Shown in pieces: positions 1-9,183 of a DNA stretch of 64,000 bases. Positions within the stretch are counted from its first letter, which is position 1. Each line of letters begins with the position of its first letter. A model generated the notes under the pieces. It was not told where the DNA came from and searched no databases. It saw only the letters and a list, made by a program, of their open reading frames with translations. Source of the stretch: Cyanophyceae cyanobacterium (GTDB lineage Bacteria > Cyanobacteriota > Cyanobacteriia > Cyanobacteriales > JBHJGN01); assembly GCA_050331735.1 (NCBI GenBank), contig JBHJGN010000055.1, positions 1 through 64,000 of the forward strand. Reading direction: 5' to 3'. The position numbers were made by a program, and so were the translations under genes.

Positions 1-31
1 CCCTTTCCCCCTTACCCCTTACCCCTTCCCC
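1..31. repeat. Heptamer-type short tandem repeat (CCCCTTA/CCCTTTC), STRR-like
   Basis: ccctttcccccttaccccttaccccttcccc at the window edge; same family recurs throughout. Confidence 0.8.
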
Positions 32-538
32 ATCCCAAAGGGATTTCCCCCCTACTGTTAATTATTGGTTGCCATCTGGGAAGGATACGTATGTAAACGA
101 AATTGAATGTCTTCGTTAGTGTTAGCAGGCAAGCATCTTATCGCTGCTCGGTTAAAGTTAACGCAATAAATCATGTTCAAAGGGTTAAGCAAGGAATGGG
201 TTGGATATTGTGAGGAGAACGGAATTGTTCAGGGCAATACACAACGAAAACCTGCTTTATTTTTTTGGCTGATTGATAATTTATAAATCCGAACTGGGCA
301 GGTTATAGCTATCAACCACTGAATATTTACTTCTTAGTTGGTAGGCAAGCAGGAGCTTACTGAGGAATAAAACTCAGCTAAGGTCTGATGCTTTGCAGTG
401 CTAATTAATAAAAATCGAGCTGAAACGTGGCTTCTCAAATAGAAGGGCGAGAAGGCTGAAGTTTGGCTCGATGGATAACGGAGAAATGTTCAATTTTTCA
501 ACCAATTCTAGTTTAGCCAATAACGGAGAAATTTAAAC

Positions 539-3169
539 ATGGCAGCACCTGAAGATATTACACTGACTATTGATACTGACTCTTTTGTCGAAACTATAGG
601 ACTTAATGGAACTGTCGGAGATTTAGAAGCCAATGAACCTGATGACGGTGAAGAAATATCTTCCTTTTCGTTAGTTTCTGGTGAAGGAGATGCAGATAAT
701 GAGATTTTCAGTATTGTTCAAACTGATGGTGATGGTACTGACGCTTTAGATGACGATGAATACGATCTTCAAACTCTAACTGATAAATTTGATTTTGAAG
801 ACAAGTCAAGTTACAGCATTCGGGTGAGAGCAACAGATAGCGCTGGAGAATCATCTGAAGAAGTAATTACCTTTGAACTAGGTGATGTAGAGCCAGCTAT
901 TGATACAGGTACAGAGCTGAATGTCTCTGAGTCTGCTAACGACGGGGCAACTGTTGGTTTTGTTCCACTTACAGCAGACAGTGATACCAACTCCTTAAGT
1001 TACTCCATTGTGGGTGGAAACGAGGATGATATTTTCGCAATCAACGGAGATACTGGCGAGATTACCGTTAGCGATAGCAGTTCGTTAGATGCAGAAAGCG
1101 ATGCTAGTCCATATGCACTAACTATCTCAGCGACTGACGGCAGCACCACTTCTATTGAAGCAGTCACTGTTAATGTTACTGATGTAGCTCCTAATATTAG
1201 TGGAGAGCAGGACGACTTCACGGTAGCTGAGGACGCTAGCAATGACACCGTAGTTGGTGAAATCGAAAACACAGGCGATACTACTGGAGTAGAGTACAGA
1301 ATTGGAGAGTTTGATGGTGATCAGGAGGAATCAATATTTACAGAGGCTACCGATGGTCCTTTCTCTGTTAACAGCGACGGCGAGATCATCGTTAGCGATA
1401 CTACTAAATTAACACAGGAATCGTACACCTTAACTGTTGTAGCAGATGACGATGATAGCAGCGACACTAGGGGAAATATCGACAGTGAAACAACCGTCAC
1501 GATTGAGGTTGAAAATGTCAACCAAGCTCCTAATTTCAAATACGATGGCTCTGTTCTGCTAGCTAACGAATCTAGCGCAGTTGTACCAGGCACAGCCGCT
1601 CAAGCTGAAGATCCTGACGGCGACAACTTTACTTACTCTATCACTGGTGGCGCAGATCAAGAGCTATTTGAAATTGACGAGGCAACTGGAGAACTAAGCT
1701 TCAACAGTATTCCCAATTTTGAAAACCCAGCAGATGCTAACGGCAACAACATTTATCTTGTTCAGGTTAGCGCTACCGACGAGAGGGGTCTTTCTGCTTC
1801 GGAGGATCTTAGAATTAGAGTTGACGACACAACTCTCGCTTTAGAGACTGACGAAAACGCAAGTTTATCAGTTGTAGAAACTGCTGTTAACGGAACTAGC
1901 GTTGGTTTTGTCACTCCTAACAATGGCGATAGATCTGCTAACTTCACCATCACTGATGGTGAGGGCAATGATTCTACTATCTTTGCTATTGATAGCGCTG
2001 GCGAGATTACCCTTATTGATAGCAGTGCAATTGATGCAGACAGCGAGAGCTTTACCGTCGAGGTAACTGCTACTGACGGTCGTACCTCTGAGGGTCCTGT
2101 AGAATACACCATCACTGTTGCTGATAACGAGGCTCCCGCGTTTACAGGTGCTAACGATTTTAGCTCTGAAGTTGAAGAAAACACCACCACCGTCACGGAA
2201 CTATTACTTAATAACGAAGAAGGCGATAGTTTAACCTACTCTTTTGATGGTGCAGATGGTTCTCTCTTCACCGTTAATGATGAGGGAGAATTACAGTTCA
2301 TCAATGCTCCTAACTTCGAGAGTCCCATAGATGCCGATGGTGACAACGTTTACGAAGTAGAAGTTACTGCTACTGATGCCGGGGGTCTCTCTGACTCCGC
2401 AGAGTTCAGCGTCACCGTTGAGGATGTTAACGAAGCTCCTAGCATCACCAACCGCATCAACGTCCAGGAAAATAGCATCGCTGTTGCCACTTTAGAAGCA
2501 TCTGACGCTGATGGCGAGGCTGATTTCACCTATACAATTGCAGGTGGAGCCGATAGCGATATGTTTGCTATCTCTGACGGAGAACTGAGCTTTGTTGAAG
2601 CTCCTGACTTCGAGACTCCAATGGATGCTGACGAGGACAACATCTACGAAGTTCAGGTCATGGCTACCAGCGAAGAAGACACTGCCATGCAGACCTTCCG
2701 CGTCAACGTCACCGACATGAACGAAAACGGTATGTCCGGCAGCGGTCGTGACTTCGACGGCGACGGCGACTCCGACATCCTCCTCGTTGGCAGCAACGGT
2801 CAAGTTTCCGTACTGCTGATGGATGGCTCCACCGTTGAAGAACAAAGAGACGTTCTCACCCTCCGCAACCGTTCCTGGGAAGTTCAGGGAATGGGCGACT
2901 TCAACGCCGACGGTACTACCGACCTCTTCTGGCGCAACTCTGCTGGCGTTAACGCCATGTGGCTCATGAACGGCGAGCAATTTACCGTTCAAACCCTGCC
3001 CAGAGTTAGAAGCCAGAATTGGGAAGTCACCAACGTCGCCGACTACAGCGGCGACGGACAAGCCGACCTCGTTTGGAACAACCGCTCCACTGGAGCCGTC
3101 GCTCTGTGGGAAATGAACGACAACCTCAGCATTACGGGTTCGATTATCGTTGACCCAAGCGTGGTATAA
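539..3169 (+). CDS. Very acidic cadherin-repeat surface protein with C-terminal FG-GAP/VCBS-like repeats
   Basis: Repeated cadherin-like motifs (FDFE..SY, PNFE.P.DA.G.N.Y.V.V.ATD, DVNEAP); C-terminal DFDGDGDSDIL / DFNADGTTDLFWRN / DYSGDGQADLVW; GGAG RBS upstream. Confidence 0.85.
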   Translation: MAAPEDITLTIDTDSFVETIGLNGTVGDLEANEPDDGEEISSFSLVSGEGDADNEIFSIVQTDGDGTDALDDDEYDLQTLTDKFDFEDKSSYSIRVRATDSAGESSEEVITFELGDVEPAIDTGTELNVSESANDGATVGFVPLTADSDTNSLSYSIVGGNEDDIFAINGDTGEITVSDSSSLDAESDASPYALTISATDGSTTSIEAVTVNVTDVAPNISGEQDDFTVAEDASNDTVVGEIENTGDTTGVEYRIGEFDGDQEESIFTEATDGPFSVNSDGEIIVSDTTKLTQESYTLTVVADDDDSSDTRGNIDSETTVTIEVENVNQAPNFKYDGSVLLANESSAVVPGTAAQAEDPDGDNFTYSITGGADQELFEIDEATGELSFNSIPNFENPADANGNNIYLVQVSATDERGLSASEDLRIRVDDTTLALETDENASLSVVETAVNGTSVGFVTPNNGDRSANFTITDGEGNDSTIFAIDSAGEITLIDSSAIDADSESFTVEVTATDGRTSEGPVEYTITVADNEAPAFTGANDFSSEVEENTTTVTELLLNNEEGDSLTYSFDGADGSLFTVNDEGELQFINAPNFESPIDADGDNVYEVEVTATDAGGLSDSAEFSVTVEDVNEAPSITNRINVQENSIAVATLEASDADGEADFTYTIAGGADSDMFAISDGELSFVEAPDFETPMDADEDNIYEVQVMATSEEDTAMQTFRVNVTDMNENGMSGSGRDFDGDGDSDILLVGSNGQVSVLLMDGSTVEEQRDVLTLRNRSWEVQGMGDFNADGTTDLFWRNSAGVNAMWLMNGEQFTVQTLPRVRSQNWEVTNVADYSGDGQADLVWNNRSTGAVALWEMNDNLSITGSIIVDPSVV

Positions 3170-3550
3170 GTTCCTTCGGAACGGGAAAAGGGGAAAGGGA
3201 AAATAGTTCCTCCGGAACGGGGAAAGGGACAATTCAATTGTTCCTCCGTTCTTCCCCTCTAAGTAAGTCCCTTCGGGACGGGTAAAGGGTAAAGGGTAAA
3301 GGGAGCAACTGCTCCTACGTCCCTTCTCCTTTGCCCTTTTTTTTGCTAAAGGGTCCAAGTGTTATGGTGAAAAAGGATATTCTTCCCCCTTTCCCCTGCG
3401 CCCCCGGCGCTTCCCCTTTCCCCGTTGCGTGCTTCCTTCGGAAGAACTGCGTAAACGCGTCAGCGTTTCCGAAGGAGAAGCAACTATTTCCCCGTCCCCC
3501 CGGGACATTCTTCCCCTGCGCCAGCGGCGCTTTCCCCGCAGCTTCGCTGC
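3170..3550. repeat. Composite repeat block containing copy 1 of the inverted-arm element (3267-3506)
   Basis: G-rich arm, ~88-nt core (gggagcaactgctcctacgtcccttctcctttgccc...gatattcttcccc), C-rich arm; starts immediately after the TAA of the upstream gene. Confidence 0.85.
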
Positions 3551-3592
3551 CTTTACAATAATGGAGTAATCAATTGCTGAAGTAAGCTAATT

Positions 3593-4051
3593 ATGGTTGT
3601 TAGCTCCCGTTGGGATTTATCAGTTGAAGATTCTAAAGGTCAACTAGCCCTTGTAGTGGAGGTTAAACGTAAAACTAACGCATCTCCAGAGTGGGCAGCT
3701 CAACTCCGTCACAATATTCTGGCACACGGCACTTTTCCCCAAGCTCCCTACTTTTTGCTAGTCTTTCCAGATAAATTCTACCTGTGGTCCGAGGCTAACA
3801 CTCAGTTAGATTTGAGTAAACCAACCTATACTATTGATGCTCATCCTATTCTAGAACCTTATCTCACACAGGCAGGGGTGACGGCTGAGCAAATTAGCGG
3901 GCAGAGCCTTGAATTTATTGTTGCTTCTTGGCTGGGAGAAATTATTCATTCCAAAAATTTATCAGAACGAAATAGTCAGCGTTGGTTAATAGAGTCGGGG
4001 CTGTATGCAGCCATAGCCGGAGGCAAGTTTGAGTACGAGGCGGCGGCGTGA
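3593..4051 (+). CDS. Hypothetical protein, possible PD-(D/E)XK-like fold
   Basis: D-x14-EVK (WDLSVEDSKGQLALVVEVKRK); stop overlaps next start (GTGA); a decayed paralog lies at 6626. Confidence 0.7.
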   Translation: MVVSSRWDLSVEDSKGQLALVVEVKRKTNASPEWAAQLRHNILAHGTFPQAPYFLLVFPDKFYLWSEANTQLDLSKPTYTIDAHPILEPYLTQAGVTAEQISGQSLEFIVASWLGEIIHSKNLSERNSQRWLIESGLYAAIAGGKFEYEAAA

Positions 4052-4656
4052 ACGTTTATGTTGAAACCAACTTTGTTTTAGAACTCACGTTTGAGCAAGA
4101 GCAGTGTGCAAGCTGTGAACAAATTCTGCAACATTGTGAAGCAAAGCAGGCAAAGCTGATTATTCCTGCCTATTGTTTAGCTGAGCCTCAAGAGAAACTG
4201 ATCCGTCAGGCTAGAAAACGCCGAGAACTGCAACAATTATTGGATGCTGAACTTCGACAACTTTCAAGAACAGCCTCCTATGCAAGTCGCATCAACAGTA
4301 TTCAAGATCTTGCCAGCTTGTTGGTACAAAGTAATGAAGAGGAAAGAAATCGCTTTATTCAATATCGCAAACGGCTTCTAAATACCGGAGATATTGTTGC
4401 ACTTACCGCCACCATCCTAACTGAGGCAGCAACATACGAAACCCAATACGATTTGACTCCACAGGATGCTCTAGTTTATACATCGGTTATCAATCACCTG
4501 CAACACCATCAACCACAGCAAGCCTGTTTTTTGAATCGAAACTCTAAAGACTTTGATAATCCTGATATTGTTAATGAACTGAACCAGTTGAACTGTCGAA
4601 TGATTCCTCGATTCGATCATGGTTACAATTTTCTTCAGTCACAGCTCCTATCATAA
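4048..4656 (+). CDS. PIN-domain protein
   Basis: N-terminal VYVETNFVLE, later LTPQDALVY and FLNRNSKDF match the PIN acidic-residue pattern. Confidence 0.8.
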   Translation: MNVYVETNFVLELTFEQEQCASCEQILQHCEAKQAKLIIPAYCLAEPQEKLIRQARKRRELQQLLDAELRQLSRTASYASRINSIQDLASLLVQSNEEERNRFIQYRKRLLNTGDIVALTATILTEAATYETQYDLTPQDALVYTSVINHLQHHQPQQACFLNRNSKDFDNPDIVNELNQLNCRMIPRFDHGYNFLQSQLLS

Positions 4657-4890
4657 GTCCCTTCGGGACGGGGAAAGGGGAAAGGGAAAATAGTTCCTCC
4701 GGAACGGGGAAAGGGAGCAGTTGCTCCTACGTTCCTTCTCCTTTGCCCTTTTTTTGTTAGAGTGTCCAAATGTTATGGTAAAAAAGGATATTCTTCTCCC
4801 TTTCCCCCTGACCCCTTCCCCTTTTCCCCGCGCCTACGGCGCTTCCCCTTTCCCCGTTGCGGAGCAACTACTTTCCCGTCCCGAAGGGAC
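4657..4890. mobile_element. MITE-like inverted-arm element, copy 2 (234 bp)
   Basis: Perfect 16-bp terminal inverted repeat GTCCCTTCGGGACGGG ... CCCGTCCCGAAGGGAC around the conserved core; no obvious target duplication. Confidence 0.65.
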
Positions 4891-5591
4891 ATTTGCAGTC
4901 TGAATCAGTGGTACTCCATATCGAGTTTCAGACCGAACCCGATGAACGGATGCCCTTTCGGATGCTCGACTATCGGGTGCGAGTTTACCGTCGCTTTCCC
5001 AATAAAGCTATGCGTCAGGTCGTGATTTACCTCAAGCCCACTGGTTCCCCGCTGGTGCAGCAGGACTGCTTTGAGCTAGCTGGCACTCGTCATCAGTTTG
5101 AGGTGCTGCGGCTGTGGGAGCAGCCCGTCGAAGCCTTGCTCAGTGCTCAAGGACTGCTGCCGTTTGCGGTGTTGGGCAACACAGCCAACCCAGAAAGCGT
5201 CCTCCAAGCGGTGTCTCAAAAAATTGTCGAAGTCGATAATCGCCAAGCCCAAAACAATCTCGCTGCGGCAACAGCGCTCTTAGCTGGATTAGTATTAGAA
5301 GAGAAGATGATTCGCACTATCCTGAGGCAGGAGATGATTCAAGAATCAACGTTCTACCAAGCGATTACCGCTGAGGCGGAAGCCAAAGGCCGCGCCAAAG
5401 GCCGCGCCGAAGGCCGAGCTGAAGGAGAAGTCATTCTGATTTTGCGACTCCTCAAGCGCCGGATTGGGAAAGTCCCCCCTCAGCTACAGGCTCAAATTCA
5501 GCAGTTGTCACTAGCTCAGTTGGAGGAGTTAGGGGAAGCGTTTCTGGACTTTGAGCAGGAGTCGGATTTGGAGGCTTGGTTGGCTCGTTAA
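4891..5591 (+). pseudogene. 5'-truncated Rpn-family (PD-(D/E)XK) protein with DUF4351-type C-terminus
   Basis: LHIEFQT...RMLDYRVRVYRRFP...QVVIYL and LSLAQLEELGEAFLDF...LEAWL; similarity begins at the element boundary, and the ORF-track N-terminus is repeat-derived. Confidence 0.8.
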
Positions 5592-5627
5592 CTCGTTCAA
5601 AGGCAGTCCTGGCGGGATGGAGAAGAA

Positions 5628-5790
5628 GTTCCTTCGGGACGGGGAAAGGGGAAAGGGAGCAACTGCTCCTACGTCCCTTCTCCTTTGCCCTTTTTTTTAT
5701 AAAAGGGTCTAATGTTATGGTGAAAGAAGATATTCTTCCCCCTTTCCCCTGCGCCTGGGTTGCTTTCCCCTTGTCCCGCGCCTACGGCAC
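5628..5790. repeat. Inverted-arm element, copy 3
   Basis: Same arm/core/arm layout; the last degenerate hairpin overlaps the Uma2 stop codon. Confidence 0.8.
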
Positions 5791-6384
5791 TACATCTGAT
5801 AGTTTGAGCTGCAAATTTGGTAGCAGGGGAGAAATAACTGTGTCTTGCAGGCGATACTGTTGCTGCTGATATACACCATCCATCAATCGACAAACCGTGA
5901 AAGTAGGCTGCTTTGGTTTGCCAATAAACTGTAGACCACCAAGACCGCGATAATCGACAATCCAATATTCAGGAATGTTTAACAACGCATATTCTTCCAC
6001 CTTGCGAGCGTAGTCATCCTGCCAATTAGTACTGACCACCTCGGCAACGAGTTGAATCGTACTGCCGTTACAAATAATCGGTTCTTTTTGCCAGAGTGGT
6101 TCGCTGCTAAGCTGAGCTTTATCTAAAACAACGACATCTGGACGTAGCGCCGTTGCTAAAGCGGCAGGAGGCTTAATTAAGCAGTTTTTAGGAACCAACC
6201 AATTTAAATCGTTCTGAAAAATCTCCCGATAGATTCTCCCTACCAAATTTCCCGAAACTTCTTCATGAGTTCCTGTCGGGTTCATGTCACGGAGTTCTCC
6301 ATCAATTAACTCAAAGCGAGGATTATCTCCATAAGAGGCGAGAAATTCCTCAAAAGTAAGCTGTGTGGGTGGAGTGTAGATCAT
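5782..6384 (-). CDS. Uma2 family endonuclease (DUF820)
   Basis: LTFEEFL..Y...RFELIDG, RPDVVV, LVAEVVSTNWQDDY..K..EYA...IPEYWIVD. Confidence 0.92.
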   Translation of the reverse strand: MIYTPPTQLTFEEFLASYGDNPRFELIDGELRDMNPTGTHEEVSGNLVGRIYREIFQNDLNWLVPKNCLIKPPAALATALRPDVVVLDKAQLSSEPLWQKEPIICNGSTIQLVAEVVSTNWQDDYARKVEEYALLNIPEYWIVDYRGLGGLQFIGKPKQPTFTVCRLMDGVYQQQQYRLQDTVISPLLPNLQLKLSDVVP

Positions 6385-6393
6385 GGGAAGATT

Positions 6394-6583
6394 GTCCCTA
6401 CGGGACGGGAAAAGGGGAAATTGTCCCTACGGGACGGGGAAAGGGAGCAATCATTACTTGGTTCCTTCTCCTTTGCCCTTTTTGTGTGAATAGTACTATT
6501 GTAAATGTCAAGGAAAGTATTCTTCCCCTTTCCCTTGCGCCTACGGCGCTTCCCCTTTCCCCTGCGCCTGGGTTGCTTTCCCC
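6394..6583. repeat. Inverted-arm element, copy 4 (most diverged core)
   Basis: gggagcaa...ccttctcctttgcccttttt...tattcttcccc flanked by hairpin/heptamer arms. Confidence 0.75.
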
Positions 6584-6625
6584 AAGTACAATGGAAGAAC
6601 TAGCAATTGCCGAAATAAGCCAAAT

Positions 6626-6882
6626 ATGGTGGTGAACTCCAGTCGGGATTTATCAGTCGAAGACTCAAAAGGACGCTCAGCCCTTGTAGTGGAGGTTAAC
6701 GTAAAACTAACGCTTCTCCAGGGTGGGCCGCTCAATTCCGACACAATATTCTGGCACATGGCACTTTTCCTGAAGCTCCCTACTTTTTGCTAGCCTTGCC
6801 AGATAAATTCTACCTATGGTCCGAGGCTGACGCTCGCTCAGATTTGAGCAAACCAACCCATATTATTGATGCCCGTCCTATT
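6626..6882 (+). pseudogene. Frameshifted, 3'-truncated paralog of 3593..4051
   Basis: Aligns by eye with 3593-3850; gttaaacgt became gttaacgt (1-nt loss near 6697); similarity stops at cctatt (6882). Confidence 0.85.
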
Positions 6883-7262
6883 AGCCAGATAGCTAATTCT
6901 TTCTCTAAAAACTAACTCGTCTGTTTCTCTAATTGAGGAACCTCCCGTTTTCGTGCGCGGGAGAGGTTTCAGAAAATCATAGTTCCTACAGGATGGGGAA
7001 AGTTCCCTGTCCTTTAGCTAGTTCTTTAAAGATTCAGTAAAGTTACTGGGGATTGACAGCAAGTTCTTGACTCAGTCTTTATACTTCCAAATGTGACTAT
7101 GCTTGGTAACTTGTTACTTTTTCTTAGTCAAGCCTTGTGTTCATCGCCATGATCTATCTAAATGAGGAAGGTTTTCTCGTGGTGAAAGCTTATATGTTGG
7201 GTAACGACTAAGCGGATCTGATTGTTCAATCTTTGAATTTATGACTGAGGAGATAGCTAGCT

Positions 7263-7991
7263 ATGAATGCCCTGAAAGTACTTTTGTCTTTATCGGGAGC
7301 GACTTTGGGAGTCGCTTTAACTACGACTGCCGCAGGCGCTGTCAGTTTTGAGTTGCTGAGCGATCTAACCGATGCAGAATTTAACTCTCCGACCTTCGGT
7401 TTTGAGCAGAGTGTTGTTGGCGAGAGTCGAATTGGGGATCTGGGTGCAGGCGAATTTGAAATTCAAATTCTCGATGATGTTGATACTCCAGTTGAGAATG
7501 CTCAATTTGTCTGGGAAAACGGCGAATTCTACGACTTTGAATTAAACATCGACAGTGGTGACGTTACCTATACAGTTGCAGAAAACACGCTGTTTGAAGC
7601 CGATTTGGTTGACAATTTCAATGTTCTGTATATAAGAGCATTTGCCAATATGAATCTCTTTCCTGACGCTAACTTAGAGCTAAGAGATATTGAAGTTGAC
7701 GGCGTTGCTTATGGACCAACGTTAGGTCCAGAGAGTGGCGACATGGTGGAGTATTTGAAAGTAAGCGACATTGGCTTAGATGCCACTTTAAACGTGACAG
7801 GGGAAGCTGCTTTTTTCTGGACCGGGGACCGACCACTGCGCTCTAACCTAGCTTACCAGCTCAAGGTTGGGGAAGAAGGCGGTGGTGGCGAAGAAGGGCC
7901 TACCCCGGTGCCAGAACCAGCGACGATTTCTTTCCTGTCTTTAGGCGTACTCGGTCTAGCGATGGCTCGTACTCGTAAGCGTCGTGCTTGA
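7263..7991 (+). CDS. PEP-CTERM exported protein (probably choice-of-anchor W type)
   Basis: Signal peptide; C-terminal VPEP + hydrophobic helix + RTRKRRA; GAGGAG RBS. Confidence 0.88.
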   Translation: MNALKVLLSLSGATLGVALTTTAAGAVSFELLSDLTDAEFNSPTFGFEQSVVGESRIGDLGAGEFEIQILDDVDTPVENAQFVWENGEFYDFELNIDSGDVTYTVAENTLFEADLVDNFNVLYIRAFANMNLFPDANLELRDIEVDGVAYGPTLGPESGDMVEYLKVSDIGLDATLNVTGEAAFFWTGDRPLRSNLAYQLKVGEEGGGGEEGPTPVPEPATISFLSLGVLGLAMARTRKRRA

Positions 7992-8037
7992 TTGGAAGCG
8001 TTAGCAGTAGCAATAAAATGATTACTCTTGTTTGATG

Positions 8038-8067
8038 AGGACTGGGTTAGAACAGTCCTTATTTTTT
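8038..8067 (+). terminator. Rho-independent terminator
   Basis: aggactg-ggttagaa-cagtcct followed by tatttttt. Confidence 0.7.
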
Positions 8068-8297
8068 ACCTAAATTCGCCACTGGCTTAATCAGGATAAG
8101 GAAAACCCGTCAAACCATTAGATAGTCTTCTTGAGCTTAAATGAGTTTTATTAAGCTTTGATTAAGTCATGCCGCCTCTGACCCCATAAAACTTAAAGAC
8201 TGCGTGAAATTGCTGACTTTTGCTTGCCGATGCTATTTTCCTAGGACAGACTGGTGTTAACCAATCGAGGTTAAGAAGTATCAGAAAAGCAAGAATT

Positions 8298-9113
8298 ATG
8301 CAAGCACCTAAAGCCATTATTTCTGTAACAGCATTAGCGTTAGGGTTAACCATTGGTCATACAGCAGCCAACGCTGCTAGTTTTACTCCTTTACAGGGAT
8401 ATTCAGATGCCGATTTTAACGCCGATAAAGACAGTGGCCAGTTTATGGAAGACTGGGTTGCTGAAGGTCGGATCGGCAACAACAAAAATAACGGAGACTA
8501 CGAGTTTGCCATTGTTGACTGGAATACCAACGACTCTAATCAAGTAGTCTCGCAACAACAGTATCAGTGGACTAGCGGACAAGAAGTGCCATTCTCTGTG
8601 AAATATGACGGTAATACTGTTGAATTTAACATTGCAGGAAAGACATTAACGCCAGATCAAAACTTAAGCAGTCTCCCCATTACCGAAACAGGACGTTTCC
8701 CCAACGGGTTAAACAGCATTTTTCTTCGCGCTGCTTCGTTTTCGGGCACTGCTCGCAGTAAAACGACGCAAAGCAGTAGTGTCGTGTTCAGCGATCTTAA
8801 AGTAGAAGTAGACGGAGACGAAACGACATACAATGGCTCTTTTGCTTCTAGTTCTTCAAGTGGTGATAGCAAAGTAAATACCAACTATCTACTCATCTCT
8901 GATTTAGAAAAACCTTTCGATCTCAAGGGTAACGTCAGCTTTTCTTGGGAAGGAGAGGCTCCGCTTGGCTCCAGACTTGCCTTCCAGGCCAAGGGAGGGT
9001 TCTATGAGGATGAAGAAGAATCTCCGACTCCGGTTCCAGAACCCGCTACGATGTCTTTACTCTCGCTTGGAGTAATTGGATTGGGAATGTCTCGTCGTCG
9101 CAAGCAAGCTTAA
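8298..9113 (+). CDS. PEP-CTERM exported protein, paralog of 7263..7991
   Basis: Start MQAPKA chosen; shared E.RIG....G..E and W.G..PL.S.LA.Q.K motifs; PTPVPEPAT tail. Confidence 0.88.
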   Translation: MQAPKAIISVTALALGLTIGHTAANAASFTPLQGYSDADFNADKDSGQFMEDWVAEGRIGNNKNNGDYEFAIVDWNTNDSNQVVSQQQYQWTSGQEVPFSVKYDGNTVEFNIAGKTLTPDQNLSSLPITETGRFPNGLNSIFLRAASFSGTARSKTTQSSSVVFSDLKVEVDGDETTYNGSFASSSSSGDSKVNTNYLLISDLEKPFDLKGNVSFSWEGEAPLGSRLAFQAKGGFYEDEEESPTPVPEPATMSLLSLGVIGLGMSRRRKQA

Positions 9114-9150
9114 ATTGCTCAAGGTTAGCTGAAGTGAAGTAAACAACAAC

Positions 9151-9183
9151 GAGGACTGTAATAGATGCAGTCCTTACTTTTTT
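9151..9183 (+). terminator. Rho-independent terminator overlapping the menE stop
   Basis: aggactg-taatagatg-cagtcct then tactttttt; same stem as 8038. Confidence 0.65.

Noticed and set aside
3170..6583. CRISPR array or classical integron
   Set aside because: Repeats are long, composite and separated by whole genes; no cas genes, tyrosine integrase or attC-type RYYYAAC/GTTRRRY boxes seen.
2492..6635. ORFs 2492-3358, 3331-3561, 4721-4903, 5576-5869, 6363-6635
   Set aside because: Translations of repeat DNA (PFP/GKG-rich) or antisense to real genes.
3593..6882. DGR template/variable repeat pair
   Set aside because: Differences between the two copies are not confined to adenines, and no reverse transcriptase is present.
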